A stretch of DNA of 64,000 nucleotides from Candidatus Krumholzibacteriia bacterium (GTDB taxonomy: Bacteria > Krumholzibacteriota > Krumholzibacteriia > JAJRXK01), in NCBI GenBank assembly GCA_041484665.1, contig JBGPIA010000003.1:224001-288000 (forward strand). Reading direction: 5' to 3'. The notes beneath the pieces were generated by a model. It was given only the letters and a program-made list of their open reading frames with translations. It made no database searches and had not been told where the DNA came from. Numbering within the stretch: position 1 is the first letter of the stretch; every line of letters begins with the position of its first letter. Position numbers and translations under genes: made by a program. Positions 36,104-49,431 of this stretch are shown piece after piece.

Positions 36104-37123
36104 CTACTTGAGCAACAGCATGGAGCCAACGCGGCATTCGCCGCCGGCCCAGACGCGGAAGAGATAGCGGCCCGAGGCCACCGGCTGTCCGCGCGCATCG
36201 GTGCCGTCCCAGCGCGCGGCGATCTGCGGTGCCGCCGGCATCGGCGGCAGACGCATGACCAGGCGCCCGCGCAGATCCAGCACCTCGATCTGCACGCTCG
36301 TGCTGGTGGTGACCAGATCGTCGCGCAGCTGGGCGCGGATCGTCGTGCTCGGATTGAACGGATTGGGAAAGTTGGCGACCCACTGGATGCGCGGCGCCGC
36401 CTGGAAGCGGCCCAGCAGCACGTCCGCCATGAACGCGCGCAAGCCGGCGACGCCGGCCGGAGCGGGCAGATCGGGATTCTCGATGGTTCCGCTGTAGGTC
36501 GCCAGCGGGCCACCGAACAGCGCCCGAAAGTCCTCGGCGAAGACCTCGGCCGGCCGGTCGCGGTGGATGGCCCGCTCGTTGTAGCGGGTGCCATCGGTCA
36601 GTCCGCGCAGCGCGAGGTAGCGATCCCATCCGGCCTCGCCCGGCGCCGGCAGGCGCACGTGCTGCACCACGTGCCCCAGCTCGTGGACGACGGTGTACGC
36701 CGCGACCCGCGGAGAGATCTCGCCCACCGCCGCGGCGAGGAAGATCTCGTGGCCCGCCGTGAAGCTCGCGCCCTGCAGCTGCGGGAGCCCCGGCAGGCAG
36801 TAGATCGTAACGGCCAGATCGGGTCCTGGAAGTTCGGCCACTTCGGCGAGCGCCGCCGCGACCAGCTCCGCGGTGAAGGGGTGGAAGGTGCCGTCCCACG
36901 CGGGATTGGTGATGGCGGCCGCGCTCGGATCGACGACCACGCCCAGCGGCTGCCCCGCGTCGCTGATGAAGCGAAGAGCGCCGGGCGCGTCGGCGGGAGC
37001 GCCGTGCCCGCTGACCCACTCCGCGCTGCGGACGTCGACTTGAACCGATGCCCGCGCGGTCGAAGGTGCCGCGGAGCACAGCAGGGCGCAAGCGAGCAGT
37101 ACGGGTGTGATGACGGTGCGCAC
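36104..37123 (-). CDS. Secreted zincin-like metallopeptidase with C-terminal FlgD-Ig/T9SS-like domain
   Basis: Signal peptide; HELGH plus downstream 'EVFAEDF'; C-terminal 'NFPNPFNPSTTI...WDGTDARGQPVASGRYL'. Confidence 0.8.
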   Translation of the reverse strand: MRTVITPVLLACALLCSAAPSTARASVQVDVRSAEWVSGHGAPADAPGALRFISDAGQPLGVVVDPSAAAITNPAWDGTFHPFTAELVAAALAEVAELPGPDLAVTIYCLPGLPQLQGASFTAGHEIFLAAAVGEISPRVAAYTVVHELGHVVQHVRLPAPGEAGWDRYLALRGLTDGTRYNERAIHRDRPAEVFAEDFRALFGGPLATYSGTIENPDLPAPAGVAGLRAFMADVLLGRFQAAPRIQWVANFPNPFNPSTTIRAQLRDDLVTTSTSVQIEVLDLRGRLVMRLPPMPAAPQIAARWDGTDARGQPVASGRYLFRVWAGGECRVGSMLLLK

Positions 37124-37290
37124 GCGGCGGCCCCAGCAGGCGTCTGTCCCCCTCCATGAGGATAGCAGAGGCGCAGGCCGTGGCGGAAGCGGCTCGTTGC
37201 CAGGCGGCGGGCGGATCAGGAACGCGCCAGCGGCGGATCAACCGCGAGCGCCCGAACAGGGCAGCCCGCGGAGCGGCGCGCCACGACGGG

Positions 37291-39063
37291 TCATCCTGCA
37301 GACGCGGCGGGCTCAGGAGAGGAAGCGGCCACGCTGGCCAGAGGGCGCAGCAGTCGGCGAGCCCCCGCGCGGGTGGCGAGCACGGCCCCGAAGCCGATGC
37401 AGATCAGGAGCAGCTTGAGCGCCGCATCGACCAGCTGGAGCAGCGCTGCCGTCCCCGCCAACGCGGGGGCGGCCGAGAGGGCCACCGCCAGGAGTCCGGG
37501 AATCTCCGCCAGGGCCAGGCCGGTGAGCGCGGCCCGCAGCGGCGCCGGCGCGGGTCCGCCGCGCGCGACGCGCAGCAGCCGCGTCCCGAGCACCTGGCAG
37601 GTGACGAAGTACGCCGTCAGCAGCAGCGCCGCGTACCCAAGCGCGAGCACGACCACGATCGGGATCCCGATCACGGTGATCGCGAGCGCGACCGTGGCGA
37701 CGGCGAACGCCAAGAGGCCGATCAGGAACCACAGCGCACCCTTGAGCACGGCAGCGAGCGCGCTCTGCCGCAGCCGCTCGGCCATCACGGTCATGCGGTC
37801 GCCCATCAGCCCGGCCCCCAGGAACAGCAGCAGGACGACGAGTACGATCCGCACCGCGTAGGCGGCGAAGGCCCAGCGTGGGGACGCGCCTCCACCCAGC
37901 CCCGCCAGTCCCAGCGCCGGCCAGCGGTGTCCGATGTCGTAGATCGCACCGTGGATCGCCGGCTGACCGCTGGTGATCATGGCGCCCCCGACGTGGATGG
38001 CGTCCTTGCCGATCGAGGCGCCGTCTTCCAACACGAGATCGCCGAACACGACGACCGCGTTCCCCAGGATCTCGCCCTCGACGTGCAGGTCGCCTCCGAC
38101 GACGACCACGTCACCTTGCACAATCTCGTTGGCGGCGACGGTGAATCCGTCGTGGACCTTGACGACCGGGCCGGTGATCACCTTGCGCTTGGGCTCGGGA
38201 AGCCCTTTGAGCAGGTCACCGAGCCGGGGGAACCCTCTGAACACCGGCCCCCGCGGAGCCGGAGGATGCACGGCATGGTCCCGGTGCACCGCCGCGCTGT
38301 CGGCAAGTGCGGCGTTGAGCTCCTGTTGCACTGCCTGGAAGCCCTCTTTGATGCTCTGCCGGAGCTCCTGGGGGATTGCGATCACGACCCGGTCGCCGGT
38401 GCGCCGGTCGCCCAACCGGATGCGCTCCGGCCCGACCTCCACGTCGAGGTCGCCCAGCCGCTCGCCGAGCTGGTCGAGCCCCTTCTGCAAGCCTCCCAGG
38501 CTCTGGTTGAGCTGCCGCGACAGCTCCTCCCAATCCACATTCTCGCCGCCGCGCTGCAGATCGTGGGCGAGGCGCTCCAGCTCGCGCCGCGACGTCGCCG
38601 AGTCTGCCTCGCCGTCGCCGCGCGCGCGGCGGAGCTCCCGGATCTGTCCCAGCAGCCGCGCGCGAGCGGCCAGCAGGCTGTCGCGCGCCGCCTGCCGGTG
38701 CGCCCGGGCGATGCGCATCTGGGTCTCGAAGAGCTGTTGATAGAGCCGCTCGGTCGCGGTGGTGCTCGCGGACGGCTCCGCGGCCGGCGCGATCGCAGAG
38801 TCGGGCTCGGCAGGAGTGGTCACCGCGGGGGCGGCGGGCGGAGCCGCAGGCGGCGCGTCGGCAGGGACGGCCGAACTGGCGAACGCCGTGCTGCCGGCGA
38901 CAGCGGCCATCAGCGCAGCGCCGATCCAGGGAACGAGGGCGACGCTCGCGTTCATCGTCGTGAGCGTCAGAGCGGCCGCCAGCGCGCGTGCGGCGCTCGG
39001 CCGGCCTGCCGTCGTTCGCGGCGCGTGGATGCGCAAGTGTCGCAGTGCGGAGGGATCACACAT
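37291..39063 (-). CDS. Membrane protein with coiled coil, bactofilin-like beta-helix repeats and multi-TM C-terminus
   Basis: 'GDVVVVGGDLHVEGEILGNAVVVFGDLVL' repeats followed by several TM helices including 'ITVIGIP'. Start approximate; overlaps the anti-sigma stop. Confidence 0.75.
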   Translation of the reverse strand: MCDPSALRHLRIHAPRTTAGRPSAARALAAALTLTTMNASVALVPWIGAALMAAVAGSTAFASSAVPADAPPAAPPAAPAVTTPAEPDSAIAPAAEPSASTTATERLYQQLFETQMRIARAHRQAARDSLLAARARLLGQIRELRRARGDGEADSATSRRELERLAHDLQRGGENVDWEELSRQLNQSLGGLQKGLDQLGERLGDLDVEVGPERIRLGDRRTGDRVVIAIPQELRQSIKEGFQAVQQELNAALADSAAVHRDHAVHPPAPRGPVFRGFPRLGDLLKGLPEPKRKVITGPVVKVHDGFTVAANEIVQGDVVVVGGDLHVEGEILGNAVVVFGDLVLEDGASIGKDAIHVGGAMITSGQPAIHGAIYDIGHRWPALGLAGLGGGASPRWAFAAYAVRIVLVVLLLFLGAGLMGDRMTVMAERLRQSALAAVLKGALWFLIGLLAFAVATVALAITVIGIPIVVVLALGYAALLLTAYFVTCQVLGTRLLRVARGGPAPAPLRAALTGLALAEIPGLLAVALSAAPALAGTAALLQLVDAALKLLLICIGFGAVLATRAGARRLLRPLASVAASSPEPAASAG

Positions 39064-39709
39064 GGGATCTGCCGGGATCCTCGCGACGCCGCAGGCCGAC
39101 GACGGCCAGGACCACCAGCAGGGCCACCACGAGCCCGACGGCAAGGGTCGTCCCCGCGCTCCCCAGCGTCGCGTGCACCGCAGAGATCGCGCCGAGGCCA
39201 ATCTCGTAGATGCGCTGGAGCGCGGTTAAGAGCGCCGCGAGCACGGGAACATCGTGCGTGCGCGCCGCCAGGTCCGCCAGAGCGTTTCCCACGACCGCGG
39301 CCGCCGTCCGGGCACCCCGGGCGAGCAGACTATGGCTCACCAGCAGGAAGAGCCCGTAGGCCGCGCCAGCGGCGACCGCCCAGCCGCGCAGCGGCGCGAG
39401 CCGGCGCGCCACCGAGGGTGCAGGCGACCCGATCTGCAGCACCGGGGCCGGGCGCTGTGGCAGCGATCGGTAGTAATCGTACGGGACGCGGGTGAGCACC
39501 GCGCGGTCGAGCGCCGCCGGAGGCTCCGCTCGCGGGAGCGCGTCCAGCTGGCCGAACAGGGTCCGGTACCCGTCCAGCTCCGCGCGCAGCGCTGGATCCC
39601 GCTCGGCCTGCAGGAAGAGCTCGACCGCGGCCCGGCGCGGCAGCGTGCCGTCCAGGTAGGCCTGCAGACGCTCGTCACGCGCTCGCGGCTGTCCGGTCTC
39701 GTCGCTCAT
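39056..39709 (-). CDS. Anti-sigma factor (RsiW-like, membrane-anchored)
   Basis: 'LQAYLDGTL' N-terminal anti-sigma helix, TM segments, downstream of the ECF sigma; RBS ggaaggag. Confidence 0.78.
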   Translation of the reverse strand: MSDETGQPRARDERLQAYLDGTLPRRAAVELFLQAERDPALRAELDGYRTLFGQLDALPRAEPPAALDRAVLTRVPYDYYRSLPQRPAPVLQIGSPAPSVARRLAPLRGWAVAAGAAYGLFLLVSHSLLARGARTAAAVVGNALADLAARTHDVPVLAALLTALQRIYEIGLGAISAVHATLGSAGTTLAVGLVVALLVVLAVVGLRRREDPGRSHV

Positions 39710-39996
39710 GCCCAAGGCTCCTTCCGCGGCCGCCGGCCGCGCCCCCTCGAGATTCTACTGCCACTCGCGGGACGCGGCGACTCCCAGTCCCAGGCCGGCG
39801 GGGCGGCGGCCCAAGACGTCCAAGCTGCGGCCCGCGGCTGACTGCGCGGCCCGCAGCGTCCGATTTGTGGGAAGCGGCCCGACCACGAGGCCACAGGCCA
39901 GGCGACCGTGGCCGCTCCCCCCACGGCGGATGGAACATCCCCCGACGTTTTTTTCCCATCCACCGTGCCTCACCCGGGGGCTGGCGTGCCGCCCCC

Positions 39997-40587
39997 TCAG
40001 TCCTTGAGATACGACTCGAACCCGGCGTGCCGGCGCAGCAGCTTCTCCTTCATCATTGCCCGGGCGCGATGGATGCGCGCCTTCACGGTGCCCAGCGGCA
40101 GGTCCATGAGCTCGGCGATCTCTTCGTAGGCCAGGTGCTCCTGGTGCCGCAGCACGATCATCGACCGGTAGTGCGGCGGCAGCTCGTCGGTGATCGCCAG
40201 CAGCACCTTGGAGATCTCGTCGGCCTGCACCGTGTCCTCGGGCGTGGGCGCCTCGTCCTTGAGCTGGCGCTCGATCTCCTCCCCCTTGTACTCGACCGGC
40301 TCGTCGAGCCGCAGGAGCTTCACGCGGTTCTTCCGGATGAAGTCGATGCATTGGTTCGCCGCGATCTTGAACAGCCAGCTGCGGAATGCGTACTGCTCAT
40401 CGTAACGATCGAGCATGGAGAAGACCTTGATGAAGACGTCCTGGGCGACATCCTGGGCATCCTCGCGGTTGCGCAGCATCCGCACGCAGAGGTTGTACAC
40501 CGCACTGCGGTAGCGCCGCAGGAGCTCGGCGAAGGCCTCCTCCTCGCCCGCCCGCGCGCGCGCGATGACCAGGCTGTCGCTCTGCAC
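39997..40587 (-). CDS. ECF sigma factor (SigW/RpoE-like)
   Basis: 'AFAELLRRY', 'DAQDVAQDVF', 'FRSWLFKIAAN', 'YEEIAELMDLPLGTVKARIHRAR'. Confidence 0.95.
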   Translation of the reverse strand: MQSDSLVIARARAGEEEAFAELLRRYRSAVYNLCVRMLRNREDAQDVAQDVFIKVFSMLDRYDEQYAFRSWLFKIAANQCIDFIRKNRVKLLRLDEPVEYKGEEIERQLKDEAPTPEDTVQADEISKVLLAITDELPPHYRSMIVLRHQEHLAYEEIAELMDLPLGTVKARIHRARAMMKEKLLRRHAGFESYLKD

Positions 40588-40683
40588 CTTGGCCCTCCAT
40601 CCCGGGCGAGCCTTCCCACGCCCGGGGCGGTTCCGCCCGGGCCAAAGCCGCTGCGGTCCGGAGGTCCACGTGCCAACCGGACC

Positions 40684-40710
40684 TACGCCCGTGCCGCGCC
40701 GCAGGTTTCA
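40684..40710 (-). promoter_or_regulatory. ECF (SigW-type) autoregulatory promoter
   Basis: TGAAAC-N17-CGTA about 100 nt upstream of the ECF sigma gene. Confidence 0.6.
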
Positions 40711-40769
40711 CCGAATCAGGACGGCCGCAGCAGGCTGCCCGGTCCGGATGGTAACCGAAGGCATCCTAA

Positions 40770-42178
<1,409 letters not shown>

Positions 42179-42179
<1 letters not shown>

Positions 42180-42544
42180 TGTACCTGCGCGCAAAGGTGG
42201 GCAAGGAAGACATCGGGACCGGCGCGCGCCGCACGCTGTGGCTGCTGGCCGCGGCGACGGTGGTCTACGGGCTGGTGCTGGGCGAAGGCGGCGTGGTGCG
42301 CATCCGCCGCCTGGAGCGGGAGAACGCGCGCCTGGCGCAGGACATCGCCGCGCTGCACCAGCAGCAGGCGCAGCTGCAGGGTGAGGCGTCCGATCTCGCG
42401 CTGCCGGGGAGCTTCGCGCTCGAGAAGGTGGCGCGCGAGCGCTACGGACTGACCCGGGACGGTGAGCGGGTGCTCCACGTCCTGGGCGCCGAGGCGCCGC
42501 CGGCGGCCCCCGGCGCCACGAGCGCGCCGCTGCCCGCCCCTTGA
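42179..42544 (+). CDS. ftsB: Septum formation initiator FtsB/DivIC
   Basis: TM helix plus coiled coil, 'LEKVARERYGL...GE'; conserved position after eno. Confidence 0.85.
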
Positions 42545-42569
42545 CAGGTCGGACGGGCGTCTCTAGCTT
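42541..42569 (+). promoter_or_regulatory. Sigma70 promoter of the tRNA gene
   Basis: TTGACA-N17-TAGCTT, 15 nt before the tRNA. Confidence 0.78.
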
Positions 42570-42584
42570 CTGCGGCGTACTTGA

Positions 42585-44296
<1,712 letters not shown>

Positions 44297-44384
44297 AGCC
44301 TACGCTGCGGATCGACCTCCAGCGCGCCGGGCGGCAGGAGCGCCCGCTCCCCCGCCCGGCGCAACGCCAACGCGGAGGCCATCC

Positions 44385-47300
44385 ATGGCCGCACCATCCC
44401 AGCGATTCCTGAGCGACGCCTATCGCCAGACCGGCACCCCGTACGCCGGCTTCGACAGCCTGATGCCCCACCGCGCCCACGACATCCTGGTGGTCGCCAG
44501 CGATTACGACGCCTTCGTGATCGAGGAGGGTGGGCGGCTCACGGAACTCATCCTCGGCGAGTTCGTGAGCCTCAACCTCCACACCGCGCCCAGCATCACG
44601 CGCGTGGCTACCGCCGAGCAGGCCCTCGAGCTGCTGCACCAGCGCCGGTTCGATCTGGTGCTGACCATGCTGTGGGCGGGCGAAGTGGACGCCTTCACCT
44701 TCGGCCGGCGTGTGAAGTCCATCGACCCGCGCGTGCCGGTGGTGGTGCTCGCCTTCGACACCCGCGAGCTGGCCCGGCTGCAGCCGGTCTCGCCCCGCGA
44801 CGGCGTCGACGAGACGTTCATCTGGTGGGGTGACGCCCGCCTGTTCATGGCGATCCTGAAGCTGTTCGAAGACCGCTGGAATGCCGACCACGACGCGCGC
44901 GTGGCCAGCGTGCGAACCATCCTCTTGATCGAGGACTCGGTGCGCTTCACCTCGCTGTACCTGCCGCTCTTGTACACCGAGCTGATGGACCAGACGCAGT
45001 CGCTCATGGACGAGGGGGTCAACGTCACCCACCGCGTGCTGCGCATGCGGGCGCGGCCCAAGATCCTGCTGGCGCGCAGCTACGAGCAAGCGGTCGAGCT
45101 GTACGCCCGCTACCGCCCTTACATGCTGGGCGTGATCTGCGACCTGTCCTTCCCGCGCGAGGGCAAGGTCGATCCCGGCGCGGGCGCCACGTTCGTGCGC
45201 CGCGTCAAGGAGGACGACCCCACCTTGCCCGTGCTGCTGCAATCCTCCGAGGACCGGGCAGCGCAGCTGGCGGAGCAGCTGGGGGCCTCGTTCATCCACA
45301 AGCGCTCGCGCAGCCTTCTGGCCGACCTGCGGCGTTTCATCCAGGGGCGGCTGGGTTTCGGCGATTTCGTCTTCCTGCTGCCCGACGGCGCGACCGGGGT
45401 GGAGGGAGCGACCGAAGTGGACCGCGCGAGCGATCTGCGGTCGATGGAGGAGACCCTGGCGCGGGTGCCGGACGCTTCGCTCCTGTGGCACGCGAATCGG
45501 AACGACTTCTCCAACTGGCTGCGTGCGCGCACCGAATTCGAGCTCGCCGCGCGCCTGCGCCCGCGCCGCGTGAGCGAGTTCAGTTCCATCGGCGACCTGC
45601 GCGCCTACCTGATCCGCACCTTGAGCGCCCACCGGGCCGAGACGCGCCGCGGCGTGGTGGCGGACTACTCGCCACGGCAGTTCGACGCCGGCAGTGCGTT
45701 CGTGCGCATCGGGCGGGGCTCGCTGGGGGGCAAGGGGCGCGGTCTGGCCTTCGCCAACCACCTGCTGCTGCGCAGCGGCATCGCTGAGCTGTTCGATGGC
45801 GTGCGCATCGCCGTTCCGCCCACCGCAGTGATCGGGACCGACGTCTTCGACGCCCTGCTGGACGACGTCCGGCTGCGCGAGATCGCCTACGGTTCCGCCC
45901 TCGACGAGGAGATCACCCGCGCGTTCCTCGCCGCGCGGCTGCCCGAAGACGTGCGCGAGGACCTGGCCACCTTCCTCGAGCGCGTGACGTATCCGCTGGC
46001 CGTGCGATCCTCGAGCCTGCTGGAGGACTCGCAGCTGCAACCCTTCGCCGGCATCTACCGCACCTACATGCTGCCCAACAACCACCCGCGCCGGGAGGTG
46101 CGGCTGCGCCAGCTCGAGCGCGCCGTGAAGCTCGTCTACGCCTCCACCTTCTCGCTGGCCTCGCGCGCCTACATCGAGTCCACGCCCTACCGCATGGAGG
46201 ACGAGAAGATGGCGGTGGTGCTCCAGCAGCTGGTCGGCTCCGCCTACGGGACGCGCTTCTATCCCACGCTGTCGGGTGTCATCCGCTCGTACAATTTCTA
46301 CCCCATCGCGCCCTTACGCGCAGAGGACGGCATCGCCGTGCTCGCGCTGGGCTTCGGGCGGCAGGTGGTGCTGGGCTTCGACGCACTGCGCTTCTCGCCG
46401 GTCCACCCGCACCACTTCGCGCAGTTCGCCACCGTGGCCGACACGGTGCGCAACTCGCAGCACCATTTCTTCGCGCTGGACCTCTCTCATCCCGACGCGA
46501 TGTCAGATGTGGCCGAGGACTCCAACATGTTGCGGCTGGGGCTGCCGGCGGCGCTGGCCGACGGCACCATGACCTGGCTGGCATCCACCTACTCGCCACA
46601 GAACGACTGCGTCTACGACGGGCTGCGCGAGGATGGGACGCCACTGGTCACCTTCTCCCCCATCCTGAAGTCGGAGGCATATCCCCTGGCAGAGATCCTG
46701 CGCACGCTCGAGGCGCTCGCCCGCGACGGCCTGGGCGCGCCCGTCGAGATCGAGTTCGCCATGGACCTGACGCGCCAGCCTGCCTTCTTCGGCTTCCTGC
46801 AGACGCGCCGCATGGTGATCGGGCGGGAGCCCGATGAGGCGCCCCTGGAGGAGGACGCGCTGCGCAGGCCGGTGTGCTTGAGCCTGAGCGCGCTGGGCAA
46901 TGGCACGCTGCCCAACATCCACGATATCGTGTACGTGCGGCCGGAGCAGTTCGACCCGTCGCGCACGCCGCAGATCGCCGGCGAGGTAGGCCGGATCAAC
47001 GCGCAGTTGCGGGCGGAGAAGCGCCCCTACGTGCTCATCGGACCCGGACGCTGGGGCTCGGCCGATCCGTGGCTGGGGATTCCCGTGGGCTGGGAGCAGA
47101 TTTCGGGCGCCCGTACCATCGTCGAGGCGGCGCTGCCCGACTTCAAAGTGGCGCCGTCGCAAGGCACGCATTTCCTGCAGAACCTCACTAGCCTGGGCGT
47201 GGGCTACTTCACCGTGGATGCCGCGACCGGAGATGGTATGGTGGACTGGCCATGGCTGGCGGCGCAGCCGGAGATCACGGCCACGGAGTATGTCCGCCAC

Positions 47301-47471
47301 ATTCGGACGGAGCGCGCCCTGAAGGTGAGGATCGAGGGACAGACGGGGCGCGGGATCATCCTGCCACCCACGGAACCGGCGGAGTCCCGGCCACAGTCCG
47401 AACACCCCGCGCACCTGCCTGAGCCGGAGCAGCCGCAGCGCGGGGAGCCGCGGGAGCGCGCGGAGCCCTGA
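44385..47471 (+). CDS. Receiver-like domains fused to a PEP/pyruvate-binding (PPDK_N ATP-grasp) domain
   Basis: 'GSLGGKGRGLAF', 'PLAVRSSSLLEDS...FAGIY', 'EKMAVVLQ', 'VEIEFA', 'IGPGRWGS', 'SQGTHF'; N-terminal REC-like folds. Confidence 0.85.
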   Translation: MAAPSQRFLSDAYRQTGTPYAGFDSLMPHRAHDILVVASDYDAFVIEEGGRLTELILGEFVSLNLHTAPSITRVATAEQALELLHQRRFDLVLTMLWAGEVDAFTFGRRVKSIDPRVPVVVLAFDTRELARLQPVSPRDGVDETFIWWGDARLFMAILKLFEDRWNADHDARVASVRTILLIEDSVRFTSLYLPLLYTELMDQTQSLMDEGVNVTHRVLRMRARPKILLARSYEQAVELYARYRPYMLGVICDLSFPREGKVDPGAGATFVRRVKEDDPTLPVLLQSSEDRAAQLAEQLGASFIHKRSRSLLADLRRFIQGRLGFGDFVFLLPDGATGVEGATEVDRASDLRSMEETLARVPDASLLWHANRNDFSNWLRARTEFELAARLRPRRVSEFSSIGDLRAYLIRTLSAHRAETRRGVVADYSPRQFDAGSAFVRIGRGSLGGKGRGLAFANHLLLRSGIAELFDGVRIAVPPTAVIGTDVFDALLDDVRLREIAYGSALDEEITRAFLAARLPEDVREDLATFLERVTYPLAVRSSSLLEDSQLQPFAGIYRTYMLPNNHPRREVRLRQLERAVKLVYASTFSLASRAYIESTPYRMEDEKMAVVLQQLVGSAYGTRFYPTLSGVIRSYNFYPIAPLRAEDGIAVLALGFGRQVVLGFDALRFSPVHPHHFAQFATVADTVRNSQHHFFALDLSHPDAMSDVAEDSNMLRLGLPAALADGTMTWLASTYSPQNDCVYDGLREDGTPLVTFSPILKSEAYPLAEILRTLEALARDGLGAPVEIEFAMDLTRQPAFFGFLQTRRMVIGREPDEAPLEEDALRRPVCLSLSALGNGTLPNIHDIVYVRPEQFDPSRTPQIAGEVGRINAQLRAEKRPYVLIGPGRWGSADPWLGIPVGWEQISGARTIVEAALPDFKVAPSQGTHFLQNLTSLGVGYFTVDAATGDGMVDWPWLAAQPEITATEYVRHIRTERALKVRIEGQTGRGIILPPTEPAESRPQSEHPAHLPEPEQPQRGEPRERAEP

Positions 47472-47524
47472 CCACCCCGCGCACGGCACGGCGGCCGCGG
47501 AGCACCGATCGCCCGGCGCATGAG

Positions 47525-49330
47525 GTGGCATCCGCGGAGCACCGACCATCCAGCGCAGAGCATACGTACCAAGAAGGAGGGCGGGACGTGAAGCACATCG
47601 ATCTGGATCTCACGATCTCCTTCGCGCGCCAGGAGATCGCCGGCACGGCGGTCCACCACCTGCGGGGCAAGGCGTCGGCGCCGCGCCGGCTGGCCCTGGA
47701 CACGCGCGAGCTCGCCATCGCCCGCGTGCGGGCGGGGGCGGGCGCCAAGCTCGTGGAGGTGCCCTTCGCATTCCTGCCGGAGGTGCGCTTCGAGGGCCGC
47801 AAGTTGCAGATCGACCTGCCGCGGGGCGCCGACCGCGTGGAGGTCACCTACCGCACCGCGCCCTCGGCGTCGGGCCTGCAGTGGCTGGCACCGTCGCAGA
47901 CGGCTGGGCGCCGCCAGCCCTTCCTGTACTCGCAGTCGCAGGCGATCCACGCGCGTTCGTGGGTGCCCTGCATCGACGAGCCGCACGTGCGCACGACCTT
48001 TTCCGCCGTGGTGCGCGTGGAGGAGAGGCTGCGCGCGGTGATGGGCGCCGAGGATCGCAGCCGCGCCGACGAAGCGGGCGTCTACCGGTTCCACATGCCG
48101 CAGCCCATTCCGAGCTACCTGCTCGCACTGGGAGTGGGCGACCTGGCATTCCGCTCCATCGGCGCTCGCTCGGGAGTCTGGGCCGAGCCCGCGGTCGTGG
48201 ACAAGGCCGCCCACGAGTTCGCCGACACGGAGAAGATGATGGAGGCCGCCGAGCGGCTGTACGGCCCCTACCGCTGGGGGCGCTATGACATCCTGGTGCT
48301 GCCGCCGGCGTTCCCCATGGGAGGCATGGAGAATCCGCGGCTCACCTTCGCCACGCCAACCGTGATCGCCGGGGACCGGTCGCTGGTGGCGCTGGTGGCC
48401 CACGAGCTTTCGCACTCCTGGAGCGGCAATCTCGCGACCAACGCCACCTGGAACGACTTCTGGCTCAACGAGGGCTTCACGGTGTACTTCGAGCGCCGCA
48501 TCCAGGAGGCGCTGTACGGCCGCGCGCGCGCCGAGATGGAGGCTGCGTTGGGGCGGCAGCGGCTGGAGGCGACCGTCGCCGAGCTGGGCCCGCGCAGCCG
48601 CGACACCTGGCTCTATATGGATCTGTTGGGGCGCGATCCCGACGACGGCGTCACCGACGTGCCCTACGAGAAGGGATACCTGTTCCTGCGGCTGCTGGAA
48701 GAGACCTTCGGCCGCAAGGCGTTCGACACCTTCCTGCGCCGCCACTTCGATGAGCACGCGTTCCAGTCGCTGACCAGCGCGCAGTTCCTGTCGTACCTGG
48801 ACGCGCACCTGTTGTCGAAGGACCGGGCACGGGCAGCGGCGGTGCGCGTGCACGAGTGGGTGTACGGACCGGGCATTCCGGACAACGCACCGCAGGCGCG
48901 CAGCGATGCCTTCGCGCGCGTGGAGCGGACGGCCACCACGTGGCTGGAGGGTGCTGCGGCGCTGAGCGCGGAGGCGACACGGGGCTGGACCGCCCACGAG
49001 TGGATCCATTTCCTGCGCCAGATGCCCCCCGACCTGCCGGCAGAGCGGATGTCTCAATTGGACGAGACCTTCGCGCTGACCCGCAGCGGAAACAGCGAGA
49101 TCCTGTGCGAGTGGCTCAAGCTCGCCGTCGCGACGGGCTACTCAAGAGCCCGCGGACGGCTGGAGGATTTCCTGCTGGAGGTCGGCCGGCGTAAGTTCCT
49201 CAAGCCGCTCTACCAGGAGCTGGCGCGGACCGAGGCGGGCAAGGCGGAGGCGAAGCGCATCTACGCCAAGGCCCGGCCCGGCTATCACGCGATCTCGCGA
49301 GCGACGATCGACGAGATGCTGGGCGCCTGA
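47525..49330 (+). CDS. M1 family aminopeptidase (leukotriene A4 hydrolase-like)
   Basis: 'GGMEN', 'HELSH' plus 'WLNEGFT', 'YEKG', C-terminal 'GRRKF'. Confidence 0.95.
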   Translation: MASAEHRPSSAEHTYQEGGRDVKHIDLDLTISFARQEIAGTAVHHLRGKASAPRRLALDTRELAIARVRAGAGAKLVEVPFAFLPEVRFEGRKLQIDLPRGADRVEVTYRTAPSASGLQWLAPSQTAGRRQPFLYSQSQAIHARSWVPCIDEPHVRTTFSAVVRVEERLRAVMGAEDRSRADEAGVYRFHMPQPIPSYLLALGVGDLAFRSIGARSGVWAEPAVVDKAAHEFADTEKMMEAAERLYGPYRWGRYDILVLPPAFPMGGMENPRLTFATPTVIAGDRSLVALVAHELSHSWSGNLATNATWNDFWLNEGFTVYFERRIQEALYGRARAEMEAALGRQRLEATVAELGPRSRDTWLYMDLLGRDPDDGVTDVPYEKGYLFLRLLEETFGRKAFDTFLRRHFDEHAFQSLTSAQFLSYLDAHLLSKDRARAAAVRVHEWVYGPGIPDNAPQARSDAFARVERTATTWLEGAAALSAEATRGWTAHEWIHFLRQMPPDLPAERMSQLDETFALTRSGNSEILCEWLKLAVATGYSRARGRLEDFLLEVGRRKFLKPLYQELARTEAGKAEAKRIYAKARPGYHAISRATIDEMLGA

Positions 49331-49354
49331 GCCAGAGCCGCTGGGGGTCCGGGT

Positions 49355-49423
49355 GAGCCCCGCTGGGCGCCCGCGCCAGTCGTGCCGGGCGCCCGGGCGA
49401 GCCCCGCTGGGCGCCCGCGCCAG
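49355..49423. repeat. Two perfect 25-bp direct repeats upstream of ispG
   Basis: gagccccgctgggcgcccgcgccag at 49355-49379 and 49399-49423. Confidence 0.92.
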
Positions 49424-49431
49424 AGGAGGAC

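Noticed and set aside
40661..40676. TTGGCACG upstream of the ECF sigma as a sigma54 promoter
   Set aside because: The -24 element is good but the -12 GC is missing (GG-N10-TC).
49355..49423. Direct repeats as a mini CRISPR array
   Set aside because: Only two copies, a 19-nt spacer, no leader and no cas genes.
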